This document shows positions 39,299-52,200 of a stretch of DNA of 64,000 bases, piece by piece. A model generated the notes under the pieces. That model was given only the letters and a program-made list of their open reading frames with translations, made no database searches and was not told the origin of the DNA. Source of the DNA: Thalia democratica (Eukaryota); the NCBI GenBank assembly GCA_965202585.1, contig OZ241833.1:10974001-11038000 (forward strand). Reading direction: 5' to 3'. Within the stretch, counting starts at the first letter, position 1; the number at the start of each line of letters is the position of its first letter. The position numbers were made by a program, and so were the translations under genes.

Positions 39299-42200
39299 TA
39301 ACAATTAAATTAAAACAACTTAGCTGTTGGTTTGAATTTGTTTACATCAGCTATGTTTTTAAAAGCTTAGATAGTTTAACCGCTATATTACCTAAATTAG
39401 AAAATTCAATACCAAATACACTTTAGACAAAAGCTCATAGCAGTTTATTAATAATATGTTTTACTGTTTGTTTATTAAAAGTTATTTAAGTTATTAACAA
39501 GACTAACACATTCTGAACACAGCAGCTTCTTAATAGAGAGTTTGTAACTAAGAATTTTTAGTCTTAATAAAAAAAATACTGTCAAATTTTTTTTTATCAT
39601 GGTTCAAAAATTTGTAACTAAAAAATGCGTACTAAAATGTGTACTTAGTGAAAGTGCGTAACATAAATGCGTACTTTTCAAAACATGCATACTAGAAATG
39701 CGCACTCAAATTTCGTATTTAATGAGAAATGCGTACTCAAAACAAATACATAAGAGGAAGGTAAACATCAGGCTAAATCGGTCAAAATTGTGAATTATCA
39801 GACTAATTTTTTAAATATTTGCGCACAAACCCTGATTATGTTTGAATTATTTTTTTTAAGTTCATTTAAAAACCTTCAATTGTGTCTAGGCAAAAAATGT
39901 AAAAGTTTATACTGGGGTTTCTTAAAGTGAGCCATATGGCCTCCTTGGAAGCCATGAGCAGCAAAGGGTGGGGGGCCATAATTTGAAAACTTACACTAGA
40001 TTTTCTGGAGTTAATAGTAAAGAGCAAAAAAAAGTCATTATTATATTTAAGAGTAGTTTTTTTAAGAAATTTCGTCGGAGGTAGGGTATCTTATGAAAAA
40101 ATGTTTGGTAAATCCTGAATTAGACATTAACTTTATCAACTAAAAAGAAATTTATCTTAACTTATATAAATCAATTTCTAAAAACTTCTCGTATATCAAT
40201 TCTTTTAGAGCTAATTTGTTTTTAGTTATTTATTTCCTAAAAATATGGATCGGTATATCTAAGTTTGATACAGTTTAGCCATAATGTATACACATTTAAA
40301 ATTAGTGTTAAATAACAACAAATCTCAAAATAAAAAATTCTGAATAACATTTTTATTATTAAAATATTATGTATAATCTAACTAAAGTATGCTTTTCTTA
40401 TTTAATAAATCAAAATAGTGCAAGTGTATTTTTTATATCAAATTAAATTACTTTAGGAGTTAACGAATTTAGTTTACATTCTTCAAAGTTTGTCAGAGTT
40501 TTAAAAGGATATTATTATTACGATAGTTTTTTGCTTGTACGTTTTTTATGTAATTGATGGAACAATTTTTTTGAACAACATATGTTATTAAATAACAATA
40601 ATAAACATTAAATATTACTACCGGTTTTTGTGCATTCTTCATTTTATAGATTCTTAAAAGAGGTCGGAAAGGTAATTAAACAATATAATTTTTTGTAATG
40701 TGTTGCAAAATAAGTCATAACTTGCATATAGAATTTATTAAAATTTATTATGTCAGTTAAAAATAATTAAATTGTTTTCAACTAAAACATAGTAAAAAGA
40801 ACAACTGGTGTTCATAAGTTTAATACTTTTTCTATTTAAAATTTTTATTAGCATTATTTGCCGAGTAATTTTTTCCGTGTTTAAACAAAGTAAAAATGTG
40901 TGACGAAACTTGAGTTCAAAAATTATTTGTTAACTACAATGAAAACCATTTGCACAGTACTTATTTATATTAAACCAACGTACGGTTTTCTGTATTTAAT
41001 ATTTAGCACAGTTTCATGGACTTCTGTTGAAAATAGTAACTGCACAAAATAATAAGATAACTATGTATTATAAATAAATATAAGCAATAATTATTACACA
41101 TTAACATTGTTAATTGAACAATAAAAAATGCGCTCAGTAAGTTTGGTCTAAGGACCTAGTGTAAAAAGGAACCTTTCGATTATCGAGTCGTACACCACAT
41201 GCTTTAAAAGTTTCTTACTAGTTATACACATAGTTTTTTTTATTATTTAAGTTTTTAGTAATAAAAGGTTCATTGAAAAGAAAATAAAACTAATCGAAAA
41301 TCAACTGAATTCGTGTCTAATAATGTAGTACGAATCTTGTTTAGTAAAAAAAGAACTAAAAAAATATATAACTTGAAATTAACTTTTAAAAAGAAAATAA
41401 ACAACACTAATAACAAACGTGTGAATACTTGAACTATAAGTTACAACTTCTTTAAAGAAAGTAAAATGTAGTACGCTGAAATATTTTTACGAATTTTTTT
41501 TAATAAGTATTTTGTGCTAAAAAGGTAATTTTTATTTTAATTAATAATTTAATTTGAACAGTAAAAAAAAATTTACATTTCAATAGTTAAATAAACAATT
41601 GTAAATTTTTTTTAGAGAATTTGAAATAAGTGATTTTTACAATAACTGAACTTAACTTTTATAGATGAAAATATGAAGATAAGTACTGTAAAATTTATGC
41701 TTATAATAAGAAAAAAAACAATAGTAATGATATTAACAACAACAAATTGCCTTCTATGTTAAATTATACTTTTTTTTTGAATACTTGCCCAAGTCTAAAA
41801 CTGTAATTTTAGAAAGCAAGCTACATTTGCAAACATAAAAAAGAATAATAACTAATAATAGTATTATTTAAGGCGGTTCAGTGGTTCTTCGTTATCCAGC
41901 CATGTTTGGCAATTTTTTTTTGTAACTGTGGCTAGAATTAGACTTGATATGAACAAAACATCGTTTTTGCTTAAAAAAATATACATCTTTTATATTATGT
42001 AATGCATATAGAAAAAAAAAATATAAATTTTAAGTTAATATTATTTGTTTATTTTTTTTAAACGAAACAAATAATTTAATCAGTTTAACTTAATTAGTAG
42101 TTAATTCATAGATGAGTGCATAAAACAAAAAACTTTTTTTGGGTTGCACGAATACTCGCATAAACTTTTTAATGTGCGTAGGAAAATAAATCAAAATTTT

Positions 42201-43222
42201 ATTATAATTTAATGTTTTTAACAACATAACTCAAGACAATACTTAATTGTGCTGTTTTTTTTTTGACTATTTAGGTGGCCACCGGGAAGTTTTGATATTT
42301 TTCTCATAGTTTTCATCAACTTATGGTAAATTTAGTCTAAATGGTAAAAAACAACGATGAAAATGCAAGCATCCTTAAACATGAGAAAAATGATAGTTTT
42401 TGTTTTTACCTTTATTTAAAAGTCTTGTTAAATTTTTATGTTTAAATTGAAATTGCTATAATAATAGTTTAGTTTAAATTAGACTAATTTTCATTCCTAA
42501 TAATCATTCTCACCTAATAATTTCAGTTATTATTATACATAAGAAGTTTAAAGAGTTAGTAACATATAGTTTCTGGTAATAATTTTCAGATGACAACATT
42601 ACACTTGTTGAAAGTTTTATATTCAGTGTTAAGCGCATAAAAATTTGTAGGTTCCTAATAAAAATAAATAAAACTGTTTACATTTTTCTATAACAATCAA
42701 CTCACAAAATTACAACGTATGGTGAACAGATTATTTTTAGCAGTTAAGTATGCACATAATTTAACTAGCTTGATTTTTTAAATTAAACCTTTAGTTAATT
42801 GAATACAAAGTTTTTATAACTATTTGAGAATTTTGTCAAAATATAAATATACTTTCATACACTTTTTTATGTTGTAATAAACTTGTTTGTTTACTTTAAT
42901 GCTTAAGATGTTTGTTAATGAAGTTACAAGGCAAACAGTAAATAAAAAACATGCAATTATTTTCTTAATTTTAAATATTTTTAATTATTAACCTACACTA
43001 AAAGCAATATTGCACCTAATGCGATACAATTTAATAAGAAAAAATGTCTGTTAAATTTTACAATTTATGCGAAATAAAGTAATTTTTAAAGTGTTCCCAT
43101 TTTATGCTTTCACTAGTTTACTACTTTTATCGCAGTTTTATATAAAAAAAAAAAAAACTTTAAAGCCAAAGTTTTCAAAGTAGAATTTAATACTAGGACA
43201 ATTTTTTTTTTAATTCCTAAAA

Positions 43223-46200
43223 ATGTTAAAAGTAATCAAGTTTATTACAACAAAAAACAAAGGTCTCAAGAAGCTCCCTTTGAGGTTTGTTTCTTCAGGT
43301 ACAGGTAATTTTTTTAATTGTATTCGATAAAAATCAAATTATATTAAGTTTTATATTAATTTTTATTAAAATTAATATTTGCTCATATTGCTTTTGAAAA
43401 CAAACTTAGAGTATTTTGTTGTAAATATTTAGTTGAACATGTGTTGTGCATACCTTCAAAACTGCTTTAAAAATATTGATATTTTTATTTTAATTCGGTA
43501 ACAGTTATCTAAAAAACAAAAGAGTTTTTTACAATAGAACTTAACTACTAGCAACATTGTTTTATATTAAGTATTATAAGACTGTAAAACAAAAAAAAAA
43601 GAGACATGTTGAAAAAAAAACATAATTTAACAAGAACTCAATTTTAAATTAATTCATTACAATAATTAATGAATTCATACTTTAAATTTTTTTAGTAAAT
43701 GAATTATAAGAAATAACTTTTGGTTCACTTAAATTAACAAAAACAATCGACATAAAACTAAAACTAACTTACTTAGAAACAGTCCAAAACCATAAGTTGT
43801 TTACTCCTGGACCGCTTTCTGTAAGTGATAGAGTTCGAAATTCAATGAACCGTGATATTGGAACTCGTCATCACGAATTTATTAACACAGTAAAGTTTGT
43901 GTCAAGTCATAAAGTTTTGAGATACTTTAGTTTATATATCCAAATATGTTTTAGTTATTCAAAATTGTACAATTATATTTTTAAAACCAAATACAATGTT
44001 CTATATCGAGTAAAACTTTTCTATCCTAAAACGTTTTTTAACTGAGCTGAGTCGTTTATTTTTAAAGCTCAACTATCATTTATGCTATTTCTTTGGGACA
44101 AGCACTACTGACACAACTAACTAGTTTTAATTTCGGGACTAATTAATAAGCTCGAGCTAGTTTTAATAACTCAGCGTAGTTTTTTTGTTTGTTTTGAAAT
44201 GTGTCAACCTTGTTATCTTTACGATACTGATTCAAAAGTTTACTTTAAATTACTAAAACTAAAAGTGTTTAAATTAAGTTACTACATGTAAGTTTCATTT
44301 TTTTTACCAAAATAACTGCTTAAGAGAAATTTTATAGATAAAAGTAGTATAGTTAATTTGAAATTTAAAAAAAAGTTAAATTAAGGGAAACTTGATGGTT
44401 GTTTTTTGTTATTTTTTAGCTATAAATAAGCTGCAATTTATACTGAACTATTACTTTTGGTACTAAGTTCAAATAAAAATAAAAAACTTATTTTTACATC
44501 TAGTTAAAGATATGAACTTAGAATAAAACCATTATTAATCTTAAATAGTTTGTTTTGACTAAAAGAATAGAATAAAAATAAATTGCTATAAGTATTATAA
44601 ACATATTGAAATTTGTTAACCGCCAATCGTTATACTTTTAAAGAGGTATTTACTTTAATTACTTCTTTAATACTTTTGAAAAAGTCTTTAAAATGTATTT
44701 TTATTTTAAAAGTTAGCAAGATGAGATCCCAAACTAATTGCAACTATAAATTTTGTGATATTTTTATATAAATATAAAACATTTTAAGTTATAAACTTTT
44801 TTGTAAACTGTTTTAAATGATACAAGATTATTTGTCTAAAACTTAAAAACTAGTTATATAAAATAAAAATATCATGTTTTTAATAAACGTAGTACAACTT
44901 TCATTAAGTGATTTCTGTAAGACTTAAGTAGCGGAAAATTATAACAAAATAAAAATTAAGTTGTAAAGCGGTAAAGTCTTTAACAAAAATTGTTAAAGAT
45001 GTATTTTGAACTTAAGTTTTTTGCAATTAAAAAAACTTTTAAGTTTATAATAATAGCTAAACTAACTAAGACTAGGCTATTACTACATATTGAATTTCGG
45101 CTTTAATACTTATGGTATTAAATTCAAAAAAGTAGGCGTAATCATTACAGTAACAAATTGATAAACAGTAAGATATTAAAACTAAAGTTATAGTTTAATC
45201 AGTCAATTTTAATTGAAATGCTATTACTACTCAATTTAATAACAAACTTCAAAAATAAAACTAAACTTTGTTAGTTTTTTTAATTTTAATAGTAAGACTA
45301 TGAGAAATGTAAGCAGAAACAGTAAACTTCAAAGGATTGAGATTTAAGTTGCTTGTGTACTGTCACTAACAATCGGTTAAAAGTTGAAAACAGTAAAAGT
45401 ATTTATATATATATATATATAGAACTAAAATACACAAAATAAACTTTTGCTTAGGACAGCTGTTTCTGCGTTTAATACGCGTCTTCAGCCAAGTTTTATT
45501 CAATGAAAAGCAAACTTGTAAGTACAGAAATAAAATTATACAAAATTAGGTATTACGTAATAATAGAATAGAGATCCATATATAAATAGAATTAAGTTAT
45601 TTAACTTGATAAATAAAATCTTTCACACTGAGCCCACCTTAGGGGCTTTATCAATAAAAAGGTTTATTTCAAGATGTAAAACTCAAAGGACTCAAGATTC
45701 GAGCTAATGCACTCATCAGCTTCAAAACTAGTTCAAAATAAACCACAAAACAAAACACACAAATGAAAGTTAAAAAATCTAGCACAAGTAGATTATGACG
45801 TAATTTTGAAACTATCAAAAATTATGCAAAACGGCTTGTGCAAAAATTAATTTACCAATTGTATATATACATTGTATATATATATATATAGAATTAAGTT
45901 ATTTAACTTAATAAATTAAATTTTTCACACTGAGCCCACCTTGAGGGCTTTATTAATAAAAAGGTTTATTTAAAGATGCAAAACTCAAAGAACTCGAGTT
46001 TCGTGATTACTCACTCATCAGCTTCAAAACAAGTTTAAAATAAAGCACAAAAAAAAATATATACATATTGAATTTTAGACGCATAAGTATTTAAAGGTTT
46101 GAAACTTATACATGCATCAGAAATAAAATAAAGTTTCATTCAGCTAAACTGACAAAAAAAAACTAATGGTTTTGTAAACTACTAGGTAAGTATTAGTTTT

Positions 46201-49200
46201 TAATAACTTATAAAATGTTTAGAAGCAGAAACGTTTTTAGATCTGTAAATTTCTTTTTTGTAAGAATCTTACAGAAAAGTACCTTTCAACTAGATTCATT
46301 CAGTCTTCATTATTACAACTGTCCTCAGCATCAGAAGATAAATATGTGTGCGTACCAATGCAGGGTAGCGGTACTTTTGCTATAGAATCAACAATAATGA
46401 CTTCTCTTAAAAACAAATCTAACGGAAAGGTATAATTTAGTAGTAAAATGTATTCTGAAAAGTTAAATAAGTATAAGGTAAACATTTATGTTTCAAGAAT
46501 AGTTTTATAACATGTACTTTATTTTGTCGAGTTTAAATTATCTAAGTACCACGTTGATTATTAATTTATTGTATTTGCACATACTTAGTCATTCAAAAAC
46601 TGTTTTTATTGCTAACTAATCGTTACTTTAGAGATTTAAATATTAAATATACTATTTTTATAACTTATTTTGAAACTTTATCTAAAACTGTAGATATATG
46701 CTTCAGTTTAGATAAAAGGCAGTTTACTTTACTGTCTAGAAAAAGGTCGGAAGGTATATTGTAATTGCGGGATAAATTTTATTAACAAAAGTTATCTATG
46801 GCGAATGCTATAGTTACCAAAATAGGACGCTAAATAAAGGTTTAATACATTTTTGGTGTAAAATAATATTGGCTACCATACGAGTGTCTAAAATTTTTGT
46901 CCAGTTCAGCTTTTTTTTATCGAATTTAACAACTTTAATTTTTTAGTTTGTACCAAGATTTGTAAGAAACAAGATGAAAATTAAAAAACGAAAGTTGGAG
47001 GTCATTTTTGTCCTATATTTTATCTACAATCGACCTAATTTATTAAAATCTCAAGTTCAATTGGGTAGTCAGAATAAATAATTTTTTATATAAAAATTCA
47101 TTGTTTAAAAAATTAAGTCATATTATAAACTTAAAAAAGCTGTATTGGGGTTTTAAAACTGCTTTTTAATTAATTAACATACTTCTGCTTCTATACTTCT
47201 GTTTATATTTAAACTAGTTAAATTTACTTTAAAGTGAAAAACGTACATTTAACTTGTGAACTAATAAAATTTTTGAATAATGTTATGTTTATTATTTCCA
47301 TACTTATAGTTCTCACATTTTTTTTAAAAATATACATTATAATAATAATCATTCTAAAAAAATATTAGTTCATTCATTTAATAAAAATCAGCTAGTATAC
47401 AATGAAAATAATAATTTTTTATGATACTATTTTGAACTATTCAGTTTTAATAAAGTATTAATAAAACAAGTATTAATATATTTTTCGTAATTAGAATAAC
47501 ATAAGACATCCTAAAAACTTTTAAGTAATACTTTTTTGATATCCTTAAAGATTTTGGTACTTGAAAACGGAACATACGGAAAGCGGCTTGCAGCAATTTC
47601 AAAACGTACCGGAACAAACACAAAAGTAATTTCATTTCCAGAAGGAGGCATAATTAATACAGACGTTATTGAAACATTTTTAAGTGAAAACCACGTGTCT
47701 TCGGTTTGCTGTACACATTGTGAGACTTCAACTGGGGTGATTAACCCTATAGAGAAAATAGCAAGTACTATAAAGAAAGCTAATGAAGGTAAACTTAACA
47801 AGCAGTGCAGTGAACACTCATTTTTAGTTTCTACGTATTACTAAATTATTGTAATAAACAATTTTTAAAGAAATGAAATATTAACAGTTGTTTTATTTTA
47901 CTAATTAACTTCTAATGAGTGTGATGTTATTTTTTTAGGTTGAAACAATGTTTATGAAATATTTATTAAAATCAAAATTTGAATTTTTAAAAACTTACGA
48001 TTTGCCTTTAAATTAAAGTTTAGTTTGTTTAAATTTTACGATACAATAAACAACTAACCGGTAAAAGTTGTTTTTTACTATTTAGTGCAATGATTATCAA
48101 CACTTACTGGGCTAGGCACATTTGCTCATCATTGTGCTCTGCAAACTAATTTTAAATAGTTACATATTACAATTTAGGTTTCAAAATTTAGAAAACACTG
48201 ACTTAGTGTTTCTTAATCTATAGCAGCGGTTCTTAACCTCTTTTAAGGTTTTTCTCTTTTCGGAAGGTTAACACCAAATTTACCCCCAATCTACAAAATT
48301 ATAAACCGTATACACATTAGTTTTGGGAACGGGTCAAAATCGCATGAAGACAAAATTGTACGAGGTTACTAAATTGCACGAGAACAAAGTTGCACGAGGT
48401 TACTAAATTGCACGAGGGAACAATATTGCACAAAGACGATTTTGCACGAAGGGTAAATTTTGCACGAGTTACATTTTTGTACGAGAATAAAAAATACAGA
48501 ATAAATAAAAAATAAAAAAAACAGAAGTTATTGACCGAGGGTAAGGGTTAGGGGTAACAATGATAAAAAAAAGCCACCGACCGAAGGTAAGGGCTAGGGG
48601 TAAGAGTGATACTAAAAAAAAATGATAACAACTTACCGCCAAAGTGATAGCAAAAAACAAAAAAAAATTAAAAAAAATTAAAAATTAAAATTAATACAGA
48701 AAGAAAATTCGTGAAAAATGTCTCCATGCAAAATTTTCTGCTCGTGCAAAAGTGTCTATTCGTGCAAAAGTGACCCTTCGTGCTAAAGTATCTTCTTGAA
48801 ATTTTGTGCCCCCGTGCAAATTAGTCTTCGTGCACTTTTGTACACTTGTGTAATTTTGTTCCCTCGTACAATTGTGTACGCTCGTGCAAATTAGACAGTT
48901 ACCCTAATTATGTATAGACAATGCGATTTAATTTATGCACCATATATTTTTTTAATTCTTTAAATAAAAATAGAAATCTGCAGACTGTATATTTTATTTA
49001 CTACCAGGTTTCGGTGGCAAAACAATCACGATATTTTTAAGTATAATTAATTAGTAAACTGTTTAATAAATATTTAATAAACTAATTGATAAAATAATAA
49101 ATTATTTAAATTAAAAAAAAAAGTGTTTTTGTTTTTAAACAATAAACTACTATAGAACTAATTTTATACTTTTTATCACAAAAAGTAAGAATCTATTTAT

Positions 49201-52200
49201 TAAATAATTCTGATAAGTCTCATAAAAAGTTTTTTAAACTAAGTATTTTTAAGCAGGGAAGTTTGATTTGAATAAATTTTATTTAAAGAAATATCTTTGT
49301 TAGTTTCTAAGAAACCTGATCACAAGTTTTCAAATAAAATAAAAACACAGATAAAGTTATTATTTTTTTTAGATTAACTTGGTAATTTAAAGTTTAAATT
49401 TTACTTTTGTAGTTAAAATTCCATTTTTAAACAATTTTTCACTTACAGTTAAAACTCTATATAATTCATAAATTGCTTTTATTTGTTATTTCAATCTTAA
49501 GTAACTTCTTAAAACTGAAAAAAAGTTTTGGTTGCGCAAAATTTTTATAAAGTCGAATTTGTTCCATAGTATTTTTAATATTATAAAATATATATTTTCT
49601 GGTTATTCAAACTAGATTGAGAACTTTTTTAGAATTTTTACACTTAATCATGCAGTGAGTTCTATATAAAAAAAAAGCATTCTTACTATACTAAAACAAG
49701 TTTTTAGTTAAAAAATATTAACCTAAGGTTTGTAAGTTTTTATATAAAACATATTAGAAATAAATATATATATTTTTTTTTTTCATGCGTAATTAAAAAA
49801 AATATATAAAACAAAAAGTTAAGTTTTTTCTTTGAGTTGAGATTCTTTAGACATTATCTAATTTAAAGTTCTTTCTTTTTTTACCTGGAAACTTTTTAAA
49901 CAGAAATCATATTTTTTGTTGATGCTATGAGTAGTTTCGGAGCAATTCCCTTTTGTATGGAAAACATTGACTACATGGTATCAAGTGCTAACAAATGTAT
50001 ACAAGGCGTTCCTGGCTTTTCCTACATTATTGCTAATAAAAGCCACCTTAAAAGGTATTTTTTATTTTAAAAGATTTTGCTAGCAATTATATTTGAAATA
50101 AAAATTGTAAATTGTCGATTTTACAGCAAACGAACTTTACAGTGATATAAAAGCAAGTTTGTAAAAAGCTTTAAACTATGTTTGCATAAATATAAGTAAA
50201 AAATAGTTGTACATGAGTTGTTATAAATTAATATTCTTTTCAATTTAATTTTGTTTTAAGTACACTGTTCCAAAAAATAAGTTTGTTGTTGAAAAATAAT
50301 GTTTTATAAAAAAGCCCTTATGTAAATTACAAATTTAATTAAAGTTAGTTTACATAAGAAGAGCATACCTTAAAATTAATTTAACCAAAATTTTGTTGGG
50401 TTTATAAATTACTGCTTTAAAAATTAAAAATATCGTTTATAATTTAAAAGCTTTCTATATAAATTGTACAAGATTGAAAATTTTTTGAAATAGAAGCTCG
50501 TTTTTTTCTTCGATACTAATATAAAATCGCAATTTATTTACATTAATTTAAATTACTAGCGGAAGATTTATGCGAATACTTAAAGAACCTATTTTTATAC
50601 AGTAAATAATTACAAGCATATAATATAGTAATAATTCAATTTCTTTTTAAAGTGATCTTTTTTACTGACACCAAAAGTGTTTTAAAATTGCATTTTATAA
50701 ACTAGCAAGAATTGACAAATAAGTATATCACAAGTTTATTAATCAGATACGATTATGTAACTGACTTAACCTTTGTTATTTAGGGGTAGCACAAGTTTCA
50801 AGAATCCGGTCTAGAGCCGCCCCTGTACACAACTAGAACTTGATTAAACACTACTTTACACACCACTAAAAATCCTTTATTTTATTCAGTGTCGGCAAAA
50901 TAAATTTCTGTTTTTCAATACAAATTATATGATTTCGACGTATCTTTTAGTTGATAAAATATTTTCGCAAAATTGAAAATTTGATATATCAATAGTAAAT
51001 TTTTCTTATTTATTAAGTATGAGTAAACAGTTGTGCTGTTTAAATATTTACTTAAGTACAAAATTTTTCGTATATTTATAGAAAATTTAGCTGCACGGTA
51101 AATAATATTTTTTTATACTCGGTCTGTAAGAGACTTTTCTATTAAATCAAGCGCATTACTTATATAAAGTTGCCTAGCCCTAGTTTACTTATTAATTTTG
51201 AGTACTGATTAAACAGGAAGTTATAAACGAAAACTAAATTAAAAAATTTTTAATAAATACTTTGCTAGTAAAATTTGTAGCTAGTTTTAAGCTTAAAACT
51301 TAATTTGGTTCAGTGAAATTGTTTCATATTTAAAAGTTACTGAGTGAAACGAAAAAGGCAGTTAAAACTGAAAGAAAAAAATTATTTGTAAAAATAAACT
51401 AAAATAACTAATATTAACTGAAATTTTTCACTTTTGGATATAAGTAAACTCAAAATGAAGCACTGCAAGACTGTTGGACCGGGCAATAAAAACAATTTAA
51501 AGTTAAATTCTTGCATTTATCCCTTTGAACTTTGTTATTGAGGTGATAACTGCTGTGGTTTCGCATGTACCTGATCTTTTTGGTATCCCTAACAATAACA
51601 ATTTGGATGTTTAAGTCTCGTTAATAGAGTGACCATACCTACAGTCTGTTAAGAAAATGTTACTGTCGCTAAGCTAAATAACTTTTTGAAGTGAGGGGTG
51701 GTAATTACCCTGCTGAAAATTACTTGAATTTCCTTAAGACTATTCTTCGTTGACAAAATGATAAATAAAATTGGTCAAGAACCTATAAAGTATCAATTTA
51801 TGTACTATTATTAAAAAGAAATAGTTTTTTGTTCCTTTATAGTAGTGGAAAACATACTTATTTCCATAGTTTACTAAAGCTTTTTAAAATACATTATTTA
51901 AAATCTAAGAACCTTAACAAGTTTGTTTGTGCAAATTAGAATTTACTGCTTATAATCGTTCTTTAACCAGAATTGGTCTAAATATGCCATGTTTGTAGAT
52001 TGTAACCCTACTAGCAGCTTTTTAAACATTGTAGTGCCATTTTTAGTGTCAGCTGTTTTCTAATAAGCTGTTGTTTGTGGGTTTATATTTTTACCAAAGG
52101 CATGTCTCAACTATAAAAACACCGATTTTTTGTCAATGTTACTTCAATGGTCAAATTTAACATACTCTAATAACTTTGATACGCATTGGTAAAGCTAGAA

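Larger units (their letters stand above)
45587..46053 (-). repeat. Head-to-tail repeat (period ~302 bp; homology 45587-45750 vs 45889-46053), one HHR per unit, units next to TA-rich tracts
   Basis: tagaattaagttatttaact...cacactgagcccacctt...cactcatcagcttcaaaac occurs twice. Confidence 0.9.

Noticed and set aside
40895-40920. gacGAAACTTGAGTT resembling the 46 kb HHR
   Set aside because: The upstream core is absent and stem I is not formed.
51470-52200. Slightly GC-richer intronic block, possibly a transposase relic (shares gtgtcagctgtttt with about 8613)
   Set aside because: No recognisable motif in any frame.
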